Shown here: piece by piece, positions 13,033 through 22,700 of the stretch
How the letters are laid out: the number at the start of each line of letters is the position of its first letter
Numbering within the stretch: the stretch's first letter is position 1
Virus record (IMG/VR): IMGVR_UViG_3300020215_000011
Length of the DNA stretch: 50,858 bases
Direction: 5' to 3' (one strand)
From: a virus
The notes under the pieces: model-generated
Database searches by the model: none
Told to the model about the DNA's origin: nothing
What the model saw: the letters and a program-made list of their open reading frames with translations, nothing else
Position numbers and translations under genes: made by a program

Positions 13033-14972
13033 TCCGTCCTCTGGGGCGTCGCCGGCTGATTGGCGTCCGCGGCCGTGAACCGCAAGAGATGCTTCGCCAC
13101 CGTTTCGCCCGTCTGCGCGTCCAGCCGGCCTTCCCGAATGGCCGCCGCGATGATCCGGGAGGTCGTCGGGTCGGTCAGCGCCTTGCCGAGCACGTACGGC
13201 ATGATCGTCGTCGCGCCGAGCATCGCCGTGTTCGCGGCGCCGACGCCCTGACTCGCCATGTCGCTGAGAGCCGCGCCCGCGCCGCCGCCCTGCACGAAGA
13301 CGCCGATGGCGCCCGTCGTGAAGTCGCGAATGCGCGTCACGGACATCGTGGGCGCGGCCGCCCGGACGACCTTGGCGAGCTCGCCCAGCGCCTTCGTCTG
13401 CTCGGGGTCGAACAGCACCTTGAGGACGTTCGTGTCGCGCTGAATGCGGTCGGCGAACTTCTGCCCGAGGAACATCGGCACGATGTCCTGCGGGGCTTCC
13501 TTGATCGCCTCGCTGAACACGTCGTCGAAGTACTGCTGCTGGACCATCTTCCAGCCGGCCGGGGACACCGTGGCCTTGGCGTCCATCAGCAGGCCGGGGT
13601 CGCGCGGGTTGAACAGCTGCTTGGAGAACGAGCCGAGCTGCTTTTCCGAGGCGAGGATCGCCTTGTAGAAGTTCGAGTCCAGCGCGTCCGCCACGCTCGT
13701 CTTGTAGAACTGGTTTGCTTCCTTGAGCATCGTGAGCGTGCCGGCGCGGTCGGCCGTCTCCTCGAGCGCCTGCGTCATCGCGCCGTAGAGCTGGCGGGCC
13801 TGCCCGATCGGGACGTCCGAGACGGCGGCACCCGCCAGTCGATCGGGGTACGCGATCTCCCCAAGCGCCGTGCGGATGTTCCGCAGTTCCGAGATCGGCA
13901 CCGGGCGCTTGATCGGCTGTCCAAGGATGTCCGTCTGGGGACCGAGCGCCGGCCGGTCGAGGCGGGCGATGTCATCAAGCACCGCGGTGAGCTTGCTGTT
14001 CCGCAGGCTCGGCGTGCTCGGCATCTGAGCCTTGAGGCCCTGCGCCGTCGCCACCAAGCTGCCGATCTCGACCGGCGTCTCCGGTCCCGTCGTGGACAGC
14101 CACTGATCGAACTTGTCGCCCGCCTGCTTCTTCAGGTCATCCACGCGCGCCGACAGCGCCGTCAGGAAACGGTTGCTCCGCGTCGTGGTGTCCAGCATCG
14201 GCCCCGTCGTGGCGTCGCTGATGCCCTTGGCGGCCTTCACCGCTTGATCCGTCTGCCGCAGGCCGATGTCCCGGAACGAGCCCGAGCCGAAGAACGACCG
14301 CGAGGTGATCGCCTCGATGCCGCGCAGCATCGGCGTGCCGGCCTGCTCCCCCGCCGTCAGTTCGATGCCGAAGGCACGGGCGCTGTTCATCACCGCCTGC
14401 CTGGACGCCTGCTCGACGTTCCGCGAGGCGAGGAACTGGATCGCCTGCGGGGAGCCGACGAGACCGAGCGTGGCCTGGCCGAGGCCTCCGAGCACATCCG
14501 TCGCCATCCGCCCCTGCGCCGCGCGCGCGAGGCCGCCGGCAATCGCTCCCGGAGGCGTCGATTCCAGCCCCGCGCGCCCGCCGCCGAGGACGACGTTCGA
14601 GACGACCTCGCTGGTCGGCTTCGGCGGCTGGCCGGTCGCCATTCGCGAGCCGAGATCGACCGCTTCGTTCGCGGCGAACCCCGCCATCCCGCCGAGGACC
14701 GCACCGCCGACCATCCCCGCAGGCCCCAGCGGGGCGCCTGCGACGGTGCCCCGGGCGATCCCAGCCATCGGCGCGATGACCGGCCCGAGGGTCTGCATCG
14801 CCCGCTTGCCGCCTTCCAGCACGATCTCGCCGGCTGACGGGGTGACCGGGGTGTAGTTCCCCGACTGGAGGGCGTCGTCAATGAGCTGGTTACGTTCCTT
14901 CAGGTTCGTCGGAACGCGCCCGAGGTTGACCCTGACCTTGCCCTTGTCGGTCGGGACGATGAACTCGGCCAC
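13029..14972 (-). CDS. Large virion/ejection protein (647 aa)
   Basis: ORF track; Gly/Ala-rich hydrophobic stretches; last of a 245/494/647-aa trio paralleling P22 gp7/gp20/gp16 in size and order (inference). Confidence 0.6.
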   Translation of the reverse strand: MAEFIVPTDKGKVRVNLGRVPTNLKERNQLIDDALQSGNYTPVTPSAGEIVLEGGKRAMQTLGPVIAPMAGIARGTVAGAPLGPAGMVGGAVLGGMAGFAANEAVDLGSRMATGQPPKPTSEVVSNVVLGGGRAGLESTPPGAIAGGLARAAQGRMATDVLGGLGQATLGLVGSPQAIQFLASRNVEQASRQAVMNSARAFGIELTAGEQAGTPMLRGIEAITSRSFFGSGSFRDIGLRQTDQAVKAAKGISDATTGPMLDTTTRSNRFLTALSARVDDLKKQAGDKFDQWLSTTGPETPVEIGSLVATAQGLKAQMPSTPSLRNSKLTAVLDDIARLDRPALGPQTDILGQPIKRPVPISELRNIRTALGEIAYPDRLAGAAVSDVPIGQARQLYGAMTQALEETADRAGTLTMLKEANQFYKTSVADALDSNFYKAILASEKQLGSFSKQLFNPRDPGLLMDAKATVSPAGWKMVQQQYFDDVFSEAIKEAPQDIVPMFLGQKFADRIQRDTNVLKVLFDPEQTKALGELAKVVRAAAPTMSVTRIRDFTTGAIGVFVQGGGAGAALSDMASQGVGAANTAMLGATTIMPYVLGKALTDPTTSRIIAAAIREGRLDAQTGETVAKHLLRFTAADANQPATPQRTE

Positions 14973-16457
14973 TTACTTCACTCTCGTCACGTCGCCCGTG
15001 CGCTTGAGCGCCGGCTTCGGAGGATCGGTCGCCTTCGGCTTGTCCGCCTCTCTCGAGCGCAGGCCACCCACGAAGTCCGGCACCGCGTCCTTGACGTTCA
15101 CGCCCTGGCGGGTGGCGATGTCCTTGAACTGCGTCTCGATCTCCTCGTGGCCGGAGAGCTGCGACTGGAACAGCGCCTTGGCGTTCTGCACGAGATCCTT
15201 GCGGGCCTCGTCCGCGAGCCGGCCGTCCGACGTGAGGTTCTTGCTGTACCAAGCCTGGATGCGCTGCCCGATCGGGCCGAGGTTCTGCGCGGTCGCGAAC
15301 TCCGACTCGCGCACGACGGAGCCGGGGTCGAGCATCTTCATGTAGTTGAAGACGATGGACAGGTCCCCGGCGGGCGACGGCTTGTCCTTCGCCATGTTGA
15401 TGCGCGACCACGAGTCCTTGATGGTGCGGAAGTCCTTCGTGACGTTCGTGAAGTCGTCGCGGATCGTGTTGGCGAGGTTCGCCGTCTGCTGGGGCTGTGC
15501 GTACTTCGCCTTGATGGCTTCGACCGCCTCGGCCTGCTTCGTGACCTTGGCGAGTTCCGCCTTCTGGATGTTCGGGTCGAGGCCCGCTTGCAGTTCGGCC
15601 GTCTTGACGGCCGCCGCCTGCTCGGCTTTGCCCTTCGTGACCTCGGGCGTCAGACCGGCCTGAATCTTCGCGGTCTCCTGCTGGCCGGCGAGAGCCGCCG
15701 CCCCGCTCTGCACGCCGTACTGCGCCATCAGCTTGTCGTCCGCGAGCAGGGACTGGAACGCCGCCCGTACCGCCGGACTCTTGGACAGTTCCGGGAACTC
15801 CTTGCGCGCGACCGCCACCACTTCCTGCTGCGTGATGTTCGTGCGGCCGGGGAACCGCGCCGGGATCAGCGCGAGCGCCTGACTCACGAAGTCCTTGGCC
15901 TTCTGGTCCGCTTTCGCCTGCCACGCCTGGGCGACCTTCAGCCGGTCCTCCGGCGTCTTCGTCGCGGCGAAGTCCTTCGCGGCCACCTCGCGCTCGGTGT
16001 CGAGGATCGGGTCGAGCAGCGCCGTCGCCGCTTCCGCGTAGCCCTTCACCCGGAACGTCGTGTCGATGTCCTTCGGGTCGAACTGGTAGCCGCCGACCTT
16101 GGCCGCCGTGGAGAACAGGCGGATGTTCATGTCGCGCGTCGCGTTCTGGACGTCCTCGGGCTGGCCGTGGAAGTCCGTCGCGAACGTCTTCAGGAGCGTG
16201 GCGAAGTCGCGGTGCGCGTTCATCAGGTCGCGCGCCGCCGTCATCTCCTGCGTCTTCTGGGCGCGCGTCTCGCGCTCGTGCGAGAGTCCGAGATTGAGCA
16301 GCGGGGCCGCCCGCTGGGCTTCGCGCATGACGTCGCCCTGCGTCTGCGGACCACCGAACATCGACCGCAGATCGTTGATCGGTCCCGACGGCTGCGCGGC
16401 GCGGTAGCGCGTCAGGAGCTCGGTGAACAGGTCGGTCGCGCTCTGAGGCTCAGGCAT
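14973..16457 (-). CDS. Virion/ejection protein (494 aa)
   Basis: ORF track; position in the trio. Confidence 0.6.
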   Translation of the reverse strand: MPEPQSATDLFTELLTRYRAAQPSGPINDLRSMFGGPQTQGDVMREAQRAAPLLNLGLSHERETRAQKTQEMTAARDLMNAHRDFATLLKTFATDFHGQPEDVQNATRDMNIRLFSTAAKVGGYQFDPKDIDTTFRVKGYAEAATALLDPILDTEREVAAKDFAATKTPEDRLKVAQAWQAKADQKAKDFVSQALALIPARFPGRTNITQQEVVAVARKEFPELSKSPAVRAAFQSLLADDKLMAQYGVQSGAAALAGQQETAKIQAGLTPEVTKGKAEQAAAVKTAELQAGLDPNIQKAELAKVTKQAEAVEAIKAKYAQPQQTANLANTIRDDFTNVTKDFRTIKDSWSRINMAKDKPSPAGDLSIVFNYMKMLDPGSVVRESEFATAQNLGPIGQRIQAWYSKNLTSDGRLADEARKDLVQNAKALFQSQLSGHEEIETQFKDIATRQGVNVKDAVPDFVGGLRSREADKPKATDPPKPALKRTGDVTRVK

Positions 16458-17194
16458 TACCGGGCCAGCCCCCCGCCCCAGCCGCTGCCCTGCTGGTAGC
16501 TCGCGCCGCCGCCGTAGTTGAAGCCCGTCATCCCCGTCGTCCCGCGGTTCGCGGCGAAGATGTTCGGCTGCGCCCGCCGCTCCGCCGACTGCATCCCCGC
16601 GAACTGCGTGAACCCGGGCTGGAGACCGCCGAGGGCGAGCCGGTTCTGGAACGCCTGCTGCCGAAGCTGCTCCCGGAAGCCGGCGAGGTTGGACGCGAAC
16701 TCCTGCCCGGCGCTCCCGAGATCGAGCGCCGACTTCGCGCGGGCCGTCTCCAGCCCCTCGCCGAACTCGCCGCGCTGACGGATGAGTTCACTGCCGATCG
16801 GGGAGTCCGTCACGTTCATCCCGCGCCCCGCCGCCATCTGCTGCCCGAAGCGCATCAGGTCGGCCTCGCCGCGCTTCAGAGCGGTGCCGTAGATCTGGTC
16901 GAGGTACGCCTGCTGATCGGGCGTCAGGACCGGGGCCGTTCCCTTGAGCCGGTTCAGGATGTTGGTGCTCGCGAGTTCTTCGATCTCGCGCTGCGTCTGC
17001 GCCAGCGGGGACTTCGCGAAGTCCTCGCGCTCCTTCGCCGCGCCCTGGATCTCCGACTTCTGGAGCTGCGCGAGCTCGAGCTGGAGCTTTTCCAGTTCCT
17101 TCTGCGTCTCCGTGGCCGCCGGCAGGGTGATCTGCTGCTGCGTCGTGCCACGGTCACGTCGGGTCGAGGACGAGCCACCGAAATTGAAACTCAT
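16457..17194 (-). CDS. Virion/ejection protein (245 aa)
   Basis: Internal ATG with ATGA overlap on the GNAT stop; the long R-rich extension is rejected. Confidence 0.6.
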   Translation of the reverse strand: MSFNFGGSSSTRRDRGTTQQQITLPAATETQKELEKLQLELAQLQKSEIQGAAKEREDFAKSPLAQTQREIEELASTNILNRLKGTAPVLTPDQQAYLDQIYGTALKRGEADLMRFGQQMAAGRGMNVTDSPIGSELIRQRGEFGEGLETARAKSALDLGSAGQEFASNLAGFREQLRQQAFQNRLALGGLQPGFTQFAGMQSAERRAQPNIFAANRGTTGMTGFNYGGGASYQQGSGWGGGLAR

Positions 17195-17574
17195 GTCAGC
17201 CTCTTGGCGAAGGCGTGGCCCGTGCCCTGCACCTGCACGGCGTAGCGATCGAGAATGTGCGCGGCGTCCGACTTCGTGCCGGTGAACGCCATCCAGGCCT
17301 GCACGCCGTACTCGCGCAGGACCGTCTCCATGTGTTGCAGCAGCCGGATGCCGTACCCCTGATGCTGGAACCGCGGATCGATGGCCGCCTCGGTGATGAC
17401 GGCGTAGGGCGCCCCGAGAAGGGCCTGGACGACGCCGATGATTTCGCCCTTGCGCTCGCACACGAGCGTGACCGGCCCCCACTTGTCGTACGCGATGCCT
17501 TCGACGGCGAGCCCGCAGTCGTGGATCAGTTCGTTCAACCGCGGGAAGTCCTCGGGCTTCGCCGGACGGATCAC
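17191..17574 (-). CDS. GNAT-family N-acetyltransferase (127 aa)
   Basis: ..IDPRFQHQGYGIRLLQHME.. acetyl-CoA-binding Q/RxxGxG/A motif and typical size. Confidence 0.75.
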   Translation of the reverse strand: MIRPAKPEDFPRLNELIHDCGLAVEGIAYDKWGPVTLVCERKGEIIGVVQALLGAPYAVITEAAIDPRFQHQGYGIRLLQHMETVLREYGVQAWMAFTGTKSDAAHILDRYAVQVQGTGHAFAKRLT

Positions 17575-17885
17575 AGGAGCCTCCGCAGGGCGGCCTTGAG
17601 GTCCGCCACCGTCGTTGCTTGATCGAGCGCCTGCCGGGCGGCGTCGCGGTCACTGACGGGCGCCGGCTCCACAACAATCCGGGTGCCTCGGCGTCGCCAC
17701 CGCGTGAGGTCCGATCCGTCCTTCGGCCGCATGGCTTCGTAGGCGTCGTTGGAGTAGTCCTCGGGCGTCGCGTCGGGGTACTTGGCCGCCAGGACCGCAT
17801 TAACGGCCTCGACGGCCGCTGGGGATTCGTCGGCGTACACCGTTTCCGCGAACGAGCCATCGGGGCGGACCCAGAGGCGGATCAA
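17571..17885 (-). CDS. Hypothetical protein (104 aa)
   Basis: TTG start in a TTGA overlap with the tail-fiber stop. Confidence 0.5.
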   Translation of the reverse strand: MIRLWVRPDGSFAETVYADESPAAVEAVNAVLAAKYPDATPEDYSNDAYEAMRPKDGSDLTRWRRRGTRIVVEPAPVSDRDAARQALDQATTVADLKAALRRLL

Positions 17886-18997
17886 GCCTGCCGTCCGATG
17901 GCGGCGACGCACGCAATCTGCGGCGCGGTCAGGGCGTTGCCGTTGTTGCGAATGCGGATCTCCGCCGTCGTCGAGGAGAGCGGTTCGGTATCACTGAGAC
18001 ACACGTCCACCCCCTGCCCTCCGTCCTGCGTCGCGGTTCCCAGCACAAGATAGGGTGTGGCCGCGAAGGCTCGCGACCACGTGAGCGTGTAATTGCCGTC
18101 GGCATTGCGGGTCACGGACGTCACGCCGAACGAGCCGTAGATCGAAGCCGCCGAGGTGGCCTTGAAGTTCACCCACGCCGCGATCCCGTTTTCCTTGTAG
18201 AGCGCGTTGGCTAGAGGGACATTCGCGACCGCCGAGCCACTGCCGAGGCTCGCCGGGATCAGGGCCGTCGCCAGCGTCACGCTCGCCGTATCGGCGGAGC
18301 CGAGCGTCAGCGTCCCCGTGCCCTTCGTGTCGATCGTCAGGCCGGTGTTCGTGTCCCCGCCGGCCGCCGTGATCGTCGGCGCGTTGCCCGCCGCCGCCGG
18401 CACGATCTGCACGTAGTTCGTCGCGTCCGCGTAGGCGGAGGCCTGGAGGACGCGGCGGCCTCCCGCGATCAGGTCAAGCGTCCCCGCGGCGATCTGCATG
18501 ACGCCCGCGACGCCCGCGCGCCCGTGCTCCTCGTAGAACCCGAACGACGGCCAGAACGTCTCGCCCGTCGAACGCCCGCGGCGCGCTGCGACGTAGGAGG
18601 TGCCCTTCGGCTCGAGCCGAATCCCCAGACTCGCGTCCTCGCCCTGTGCCGAGAGCGTCGGCCAGACGGCGGCGGCGGCCGGCGTCGCTTGCAGCCAGTT
18701 GACGGCCGAGGACGCCGAGGCGATCTGGAAGCCCCGCGCGCCCGACGTGACGAGCTCCAGGACATCCGGGGTCAGCGAGGCGAACCCGGTGTTCGAGTCG
18801 TTGTTGAACGCGAACCCCGGCGCGCTGAGTGTCCCCGGCGCGAAGTTCGTGACCGCGAACCCGTTGGCGTTCAGGTTCCCGGTGAGGGGGGAGATCAGCG
18901 CCAGGGCGTTGTCCAGGATGTTGTTGAACTCGCCGTTCAGGGCGCTGGCGGTGAGGGTGTTGCCGGGGCTCCACGTCGTGACTCGACTCAGGGCCAT
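17882..18997 (-). CDS. Tail fiber protein (371 aa)
   Basis: N-terminus ..TTWSPGNTLTASALNGEFNNILDN.. and ..DSNTGFASLTPDVLELVTSG.. typical of phage tail fibers. Confidence 0.7.
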   Translation of the reverse strand: MALSRVTTWSPGNTLTASALNGEFNNILDNALALISPLTGNLNANGFAVTNFAPGTLSAPGFAFNNDSNTGFASLTPDVLELVTSGARGFQIASASSAVNWLQATPAAAAVWPTLSAQGEDASLGIRLEPKGTSYVAARRGRSTGETFWPSFGFYEEHGRAGVAGVMQIAAGTLDLIAGGRRVLQASAYADATNYVQIVPAAAGNAPTITAAGGDTNTGLTIDTKGTGTLTLGSADTASVTLATALIPASLGSGSAVANVPLANALYKENGIAAWVNFKATSAASIYGSFGVTSVTRNADGNYTLTWSRAFAATPYLVLGTATQDGGQGVDVCLSDTEPLSSTTAEIRIRNNGNALTAPQIACVAAIGRQA

Positions 18998-19189
18998 CTA
19001 TTCCTCCGTGACCCCGCCGATGGTGACGTGCATCTCGATCCAGTGGATTTCCATGTCCTCGCCGGTCCCGGCCTGCGCGCACCGGATCTGAAGATCCTGG
19101 AACTCCCCTTCCGTCCGGTAGAACTCGGTGCTGAACTGCGAGCCGCCGAGGACCCCGAGCGTCGAGTCATCGAGCACGAAATCAGGCAA
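18998..19189 (-). CDS. Hypothetical virion-module protein (63 aa)
   Basis: ORF track; TTG start in the 8-nt overlap TTGCCTGA. Confidence 0.5.
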   Translation of the reverse strand: MPDFVLDDSTLGVLGGSQFSTEFYRTEGEFQDLQIRCAQAGTGEDMEIHWIEMHVTIGGVTEE

Positions 19190-20591
19190 GGGTCGAGGCC
19201 CCTCCCCCCTGGTTGATCATCGTCGTCGTCTCCGCGTTCCCATCGCGCGTGTAGCCGAACGTGAACGTGTAGTTCCCCTTCGGTTGGAAGGAGAACCACG
19301 CGCCCTCGAGCGTCTTGAGATGGGCGCTCGAGCCGAAGTTCAGGAACGGCGACTTCCACGCCGCCGTGTACGCGGACGCCGTGCTCACCGTCCGGTTCGC
19401 GATGTCGCACTCGTAGGCGTAGCCGTCCACGGTGCCGGCGAACAGCCGATGCTTCCGCGCCGCGTTCTGAACGATCGCCAGGCAGTTACCGATGAGCCAC
19501 GGTGAGTCCCAGCCCCACGTGGACCACCGGCCCGGCTGGAAGCGATAGTCGTAGACGAGGTAGACGTTCTTCTGCGTCCCGCCGGACTTCGCGAACAGCC
19601 AGATCGCGAGGCCGCGGGCCTGGTAGTTGACGCCCCAGCCCTCTTTCAGGACGGAGTGGTTCAGGTCGTCCTGATAGCGGCTCAGGATCGGCCGGGCCAA
19701 GAACGCCTCGATGTAGTCGCCGTAGGCCGCCGTCGCCGCCAGCGAGTGCAGCCCGCGGGGCGAGGCGAACACGATGTCATCGCCGATGCCGAAGATCGTG
19801 TTGTGGTTGATGCCGCCGACGCCGCTCACGAACGGCAGGCGCGCGAAGTCGCTCGGGTCCGAGCCGGTGATGCGGTGGACGCTCAGACGGTTCGGCCCCT
19901 TGAAGACGATGAGTTCGTTCTTGTGGGACCACAGCCCGGTGATGCGGTCGCCGTCGTCCGGGTCAATGTCGATCGACCCCGACCCGGCCCCCGTCCAGTC
20001 CTCGGCGTTGCCGAACGCGGAGTAGTAGAGCCGCGAGGCGTTGCTGGCGACCCCCGCCGCCCACATGCGTCCCTTGTGCTTGCGCATGAACGCGAAGTTC
20101 GGCGGCGACCCGCCGACCACCGACGTCGAGGCCGACGAGCCGTCCCACGTGCGCGGCACATCGACCGTGGACGTCGAGGCCCAGAACACGCGGTCCCCGA
20201 ACACCTCGAACGCGGGCTGGCGGTTGTCCTCGAGGCCCGTGGTGAGCTCGTCCCACGTGCCGTCCACATCTTCCTTCATCAGCCGCGTGCCGACATAGGC
20301 GAACCGCTTCTGCGTCTCCGATCCGCCGGTTCCCTGGAACCAGACATCGGTGAGCCCGTGGAACGCCTTCGGCGTGCCCGATTCCGTGACCTGAACCGCG
20401 TTCACGCGCGAGGCCCCGCCGATCTTGTGCGGGGCGCCGTCGAGCTCGTAATAGATGTTGTCCGCCTGCAAGAGGAACGGCAGGGCGAGGGCGCCGTTCT
20501 GCGGGGCACCGGGGAACGACGGGCCGAAGTCCGTCGCGAGTCCTCCGTTGAAGGACACGATGGCCTTGGCTTTCCCGGGACGATCAGGCAC
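19182..20591 (-). CDS. Tail hub/structural protein (469 aa)
   Basis: ORF track; size and position comparable to P22 gp10 (inference only). Confidence 0.55.
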   Translation of the reverse strand: MPDRPGKAKAIVSFNGGLATDFGPSFPGAPQNGALALPFLLQADNIYYELDGAPHKIGGASRVNAVQVTESGTPKAFHGLTDVWFQGTGGSETQKRFAYVGTRLMKEDVDGTWDELTTGLEDNRQPAFEVFGDRVFWASTSTVDVPRTWDGSSASTSVVGGSPPNFAFMRKHKGRMWAAGVASNASRLYYSAFGNAEDWTGAGSGSIDIDPDDGDRITGLWSHKNELIVFKGPNRLSVHRITGSDPSDFARLPFVSGVGGINHNTIFGIGDDIVFASPRGLHSLAATAAYGDYIEAFLARPILSRYQDDLNHSVLKEGWGVNYQARGLAIWLFAKSGGTQKNVYLVYDYRFQPGRWSTWGWDSPWLIGNCLAIVQNAARKHRLFAGTVDGYAYECDIANRTVSTASAYTAAWKSPFLNFGSSAHLKTLEGAWFSFQPKGNYTFTFGYTRDGNAETTTMINQGGGASTLA

Positions 20592-20904
20592 CGCTCTGCT
20601 CGATCTGCGCGTTCACCGTAACGGTGTTCGAGGCCCCGGCCGCCGAGCCGGTGACCGTCATCGTGTTCCCGGGCTGGCCTTCCAGCGGACGGGTCCACGT
20701 CACGGCCAGTCGGGAGGTGGTGGCCTCGCCGGACGCACTGCGCCAGATGACGGTGGCTCCATCGGAGACGGTGACGGTGGACGTGCCCGCCGAGGTGAAG
20801 GCGTCCAGCCGGTAGAGGCGACAGATCTGTCCCGCTGCTCCGGTGACCGTGACGGTCGCCGCGGCGTTCGCACTGCTCACCGCCGACTGGCTGCGGCTTG
20901 CCAT
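20584..20904 (-). CDS. Virion-module protein (106 aa)
   Basis: Internal ATG, TAATG coupling. Confidence 0.55.
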   Translation of the reverse strand: MASRSQSAVSSANAAATVTVTGAAGQICRLYRLDAFTSAGTSTVTVSDGATVIWRSASGEATTSRLAVTWTRPLEGQPGNTMTVTGSAAGASNTVTVNAQIEQSGA

Positions 20905-21947
20905 TACCGGAGCTGGTCCCAGCGGTCGGCGTTCGCCGTGTACCGACCCCCGCGGGAGCGGAACGGCCCGGCGACCCCGGCCATGTAGGGCGCGCGGGCG
21001 GGGCGCAAACGCGGGGTATCGCGCTCGGGGAACGAGTCGTTCTTCATCCGCTTCACGAGGTCGGCGTACTCGGCGTTCGCCTCCTGGCTCCGCGCGTCGT
21101 CCTTGCGGTCGCGATACCACTCGCGGATCGCGTAGTAGACAAGGACGTGCCGGTAGCGCAGCGGGATGATCGGCTCATCCGTCGCGGCCGAGAGATCCGT
21201 CGCCCCGACCCCCGCCGACGAGACGGCGAGATGGTTGGTCACGTACCGATACGGGATCGTGTAGACGCGATCGGGCGGCGGATGGAACACCACGCGCGGA
21301 CGCATCGCGACGGAGCCCGCGGGGCCGAGCTCGATGATCGTGCACTGCTGCGGCGTCCCCGGCGTGTCGTTCCGGGGATAGTGCTTGTAGAACTCCGAGC
21401 GCCCCAGCACTTCGATCGCGAGCGAGTCCGAGAAGCTGCGCGTGTCGATCAGCCGCCAGAAGTCGGACGCCAGCGCGTACTCGTCCTCGAAGTACGAGTA
21501 GGACCCGTAGGCGACGGCATAGGCGGAGGCGACGTCCACGTTGCCCGTGTAACGGCTCTGGAGCGTGATCGCCGTGTCGCTGCCCACGGACGAGACGACG
21601 TAGACGTCCGACTCGCCCGCGATCTGGATCTTCCCGCCCGCCCGGGCGTTGGCGAATCCCATGCCCGAGACCGTCGTATTCCAGAGCGTGTTCGAGCCCT
21701 CGAGCGCCGTGCGCGACGTGGACGCGATACTCAGCGACCCCGTGGTGTATTCGGCGTGCGTCTGGATGACGTCGCGCCGCTCGCTCCACGGCCACGGCTC
21801 CTGGACGTGGAGATCGGAGAGCCCCTGGTTGATCAGCCGCTTCGCCACTGTCTCGTCGGACCCAGAGGCCGTGGTCGAGCCGCGTACCGCATTGAGGACC
21901 GCGGTGATCAGGTCCGAGAACGTGGTTGGCGTCGTGGACGTGGACAT
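20904..21947 (-). CDS. Virion structural protein (347 aa), possible adaptor/neck
   Basis: ORF track; position. Confidence 0.55.
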   Translation of the reverse strand: MSTSTTPTTFSDLITAVLNAVRGSTTASGSDETVAKRLINQGLSDLHVQEPWPWSERRDVIQTHAEYTTGSLSIASTSRTALEGSNTLWNTTVSGMGFANARAGGKIQIAGESDVYVVSSVGSDTAITLQSRYTGNVDVASAYAVAYGSYSYFEDEYALASDFWRLIDTRSFSDSLAIEVLGRSEFYKHYPRNDTPGTPQQCTIIELGPAGSVAMRPRVVFHPPPDRVYTIPYRYVTNHLAVSSAGVGATDLSAATDEPIIPLRYRHVLVYYAIREWYRDRKDDARSQEANAEYADLVKRMKNDSFPERDTPRLRPARAPYMAGVAGPFRSRGGRYTANADRWDQLR

Positions 21948-22106
21948 CTAGAGCCAGGCCAACGCTTCGATGACGAGGCCGGTGAGGAAGCGCCCGAACT
22001 CGGCGTCCGTCAGCCAAAGGACGAAGAAGGCCAGCCCCACGAGCCAGCCGAACAGGCCGCGAAAGGTCTGGTCCGTCTGCTCCCGGTCACACGTCGGGCA
22101 GTTCAG
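21948..22106 (-). CDS. Possible 52-aa membrane peptide with non-canonical (CTG) start or frameshift extension
   Basis: GC3 about 47/51 in this frame; ..NCPTCDREQTDQTFRGLFGWLVGLAFFVLWL..; CTGA overlap with the upstream stop; no ATG, GTG or TTG available. Confidence 0.3.
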   Translation of the reverse strand: MNCPTCDREQTDQTFRGLFGWLVGLAFFVLWLTDAEFGRFLTGLVIEALAWL

Positions 22107-22405
22107 AGCCGCCCTCCGTCGATCGCGTGCGTCTCGTCCGGGACGCCGTGAAGCTGCGAGAGCACGTGATTCAGCTCGTGCGCGAGCGCCCGGCCCTGCC
22201 GCTTGGTGAGTGCGATCTTCGGCCCGAAGTGCAGCGCCACGCGCGGCGGCACCTGATCGCGCACGATGACCGAGGCCGCCACGGTGTCCCCGCCTTGCGC
22301 GAGGTCCCCGAGCGCCGTGATCTCCGCCTGCGTGACGCTGTTCACCGTCACGAGGGGGTACGCGATTGAGAACCGGGCGGGACCGAACCAGTCCCAGACA
22401 CTCAA
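22103..22405 (-). CDS. Hypothetical virion-module protein (100 aa)
   Basis: ORF track; TTG start in a TTGA overlap. Confidence 0.55.
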   Translation of the reverse strand: MSVWDWFGPARFSIAYPLVTVNSVTQAEITALGDLAQGGDTVAASVIVRDQVPPRVALHFGPKIALTKRQGRALAHELNHVLSQLHGVPDETHAIDGGRL

Positions 22406-22689
22406 TCGGGGGTCCCGCTCACCGTACCGGCGGGCAGCTTCCCGTCCGCCACGAGCTGGTTGAGCACGCGCTTGTGCAAGGAGGTGGTGCTGAGGTTCGC
22501 CTTGTTCAGCGTCACCATCAGGTTCGTCGCCGCCGCGCCCGTATACCCTTCGGTGCGGAGTTCTCCGTTCGGCCCCTTCAAACCGACGGCGATGCGGGCG
22601 CCGTCCCAGTCAAGCAGCAGGCGGGACACGCGATAGTCGGTGACGCTCGGGGCCGTGATTGCACTGGTGAGGTCGAGTTTTTCCGCCAT
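22402..22689 (-). CDS. Hypothetical virion-module protein (95 aa)
   Basis: Internal ATG with AAGGGGGAG upstream. Confidence 0.55.
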   Translation of the reverse strand: MAEKLDLTSAITAPSVTDYRVSRLLLDWDGARIAVGLKGPNGELRTEGYTGAAATNLMVTLNKANLSTTSLHKRVLNQLVADGKLPAGTVSGTPD

Positions 22690-22700
22690 CGCGCTCCCCC

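Noticed and set aside
13029-14972. Tape-measure protein assignment for the 647-aa Gly/Ala-rich protein (siphovirus interpretation)
   Set aside because: I recognised no tail tube, terminator or chaperone-frameshift pair upstream, and no baseplate genes downstream. The tail fiber precedes it and lysis genes follow. The 245/494/647 trio fits ejection proteins better, though this remains an inference.
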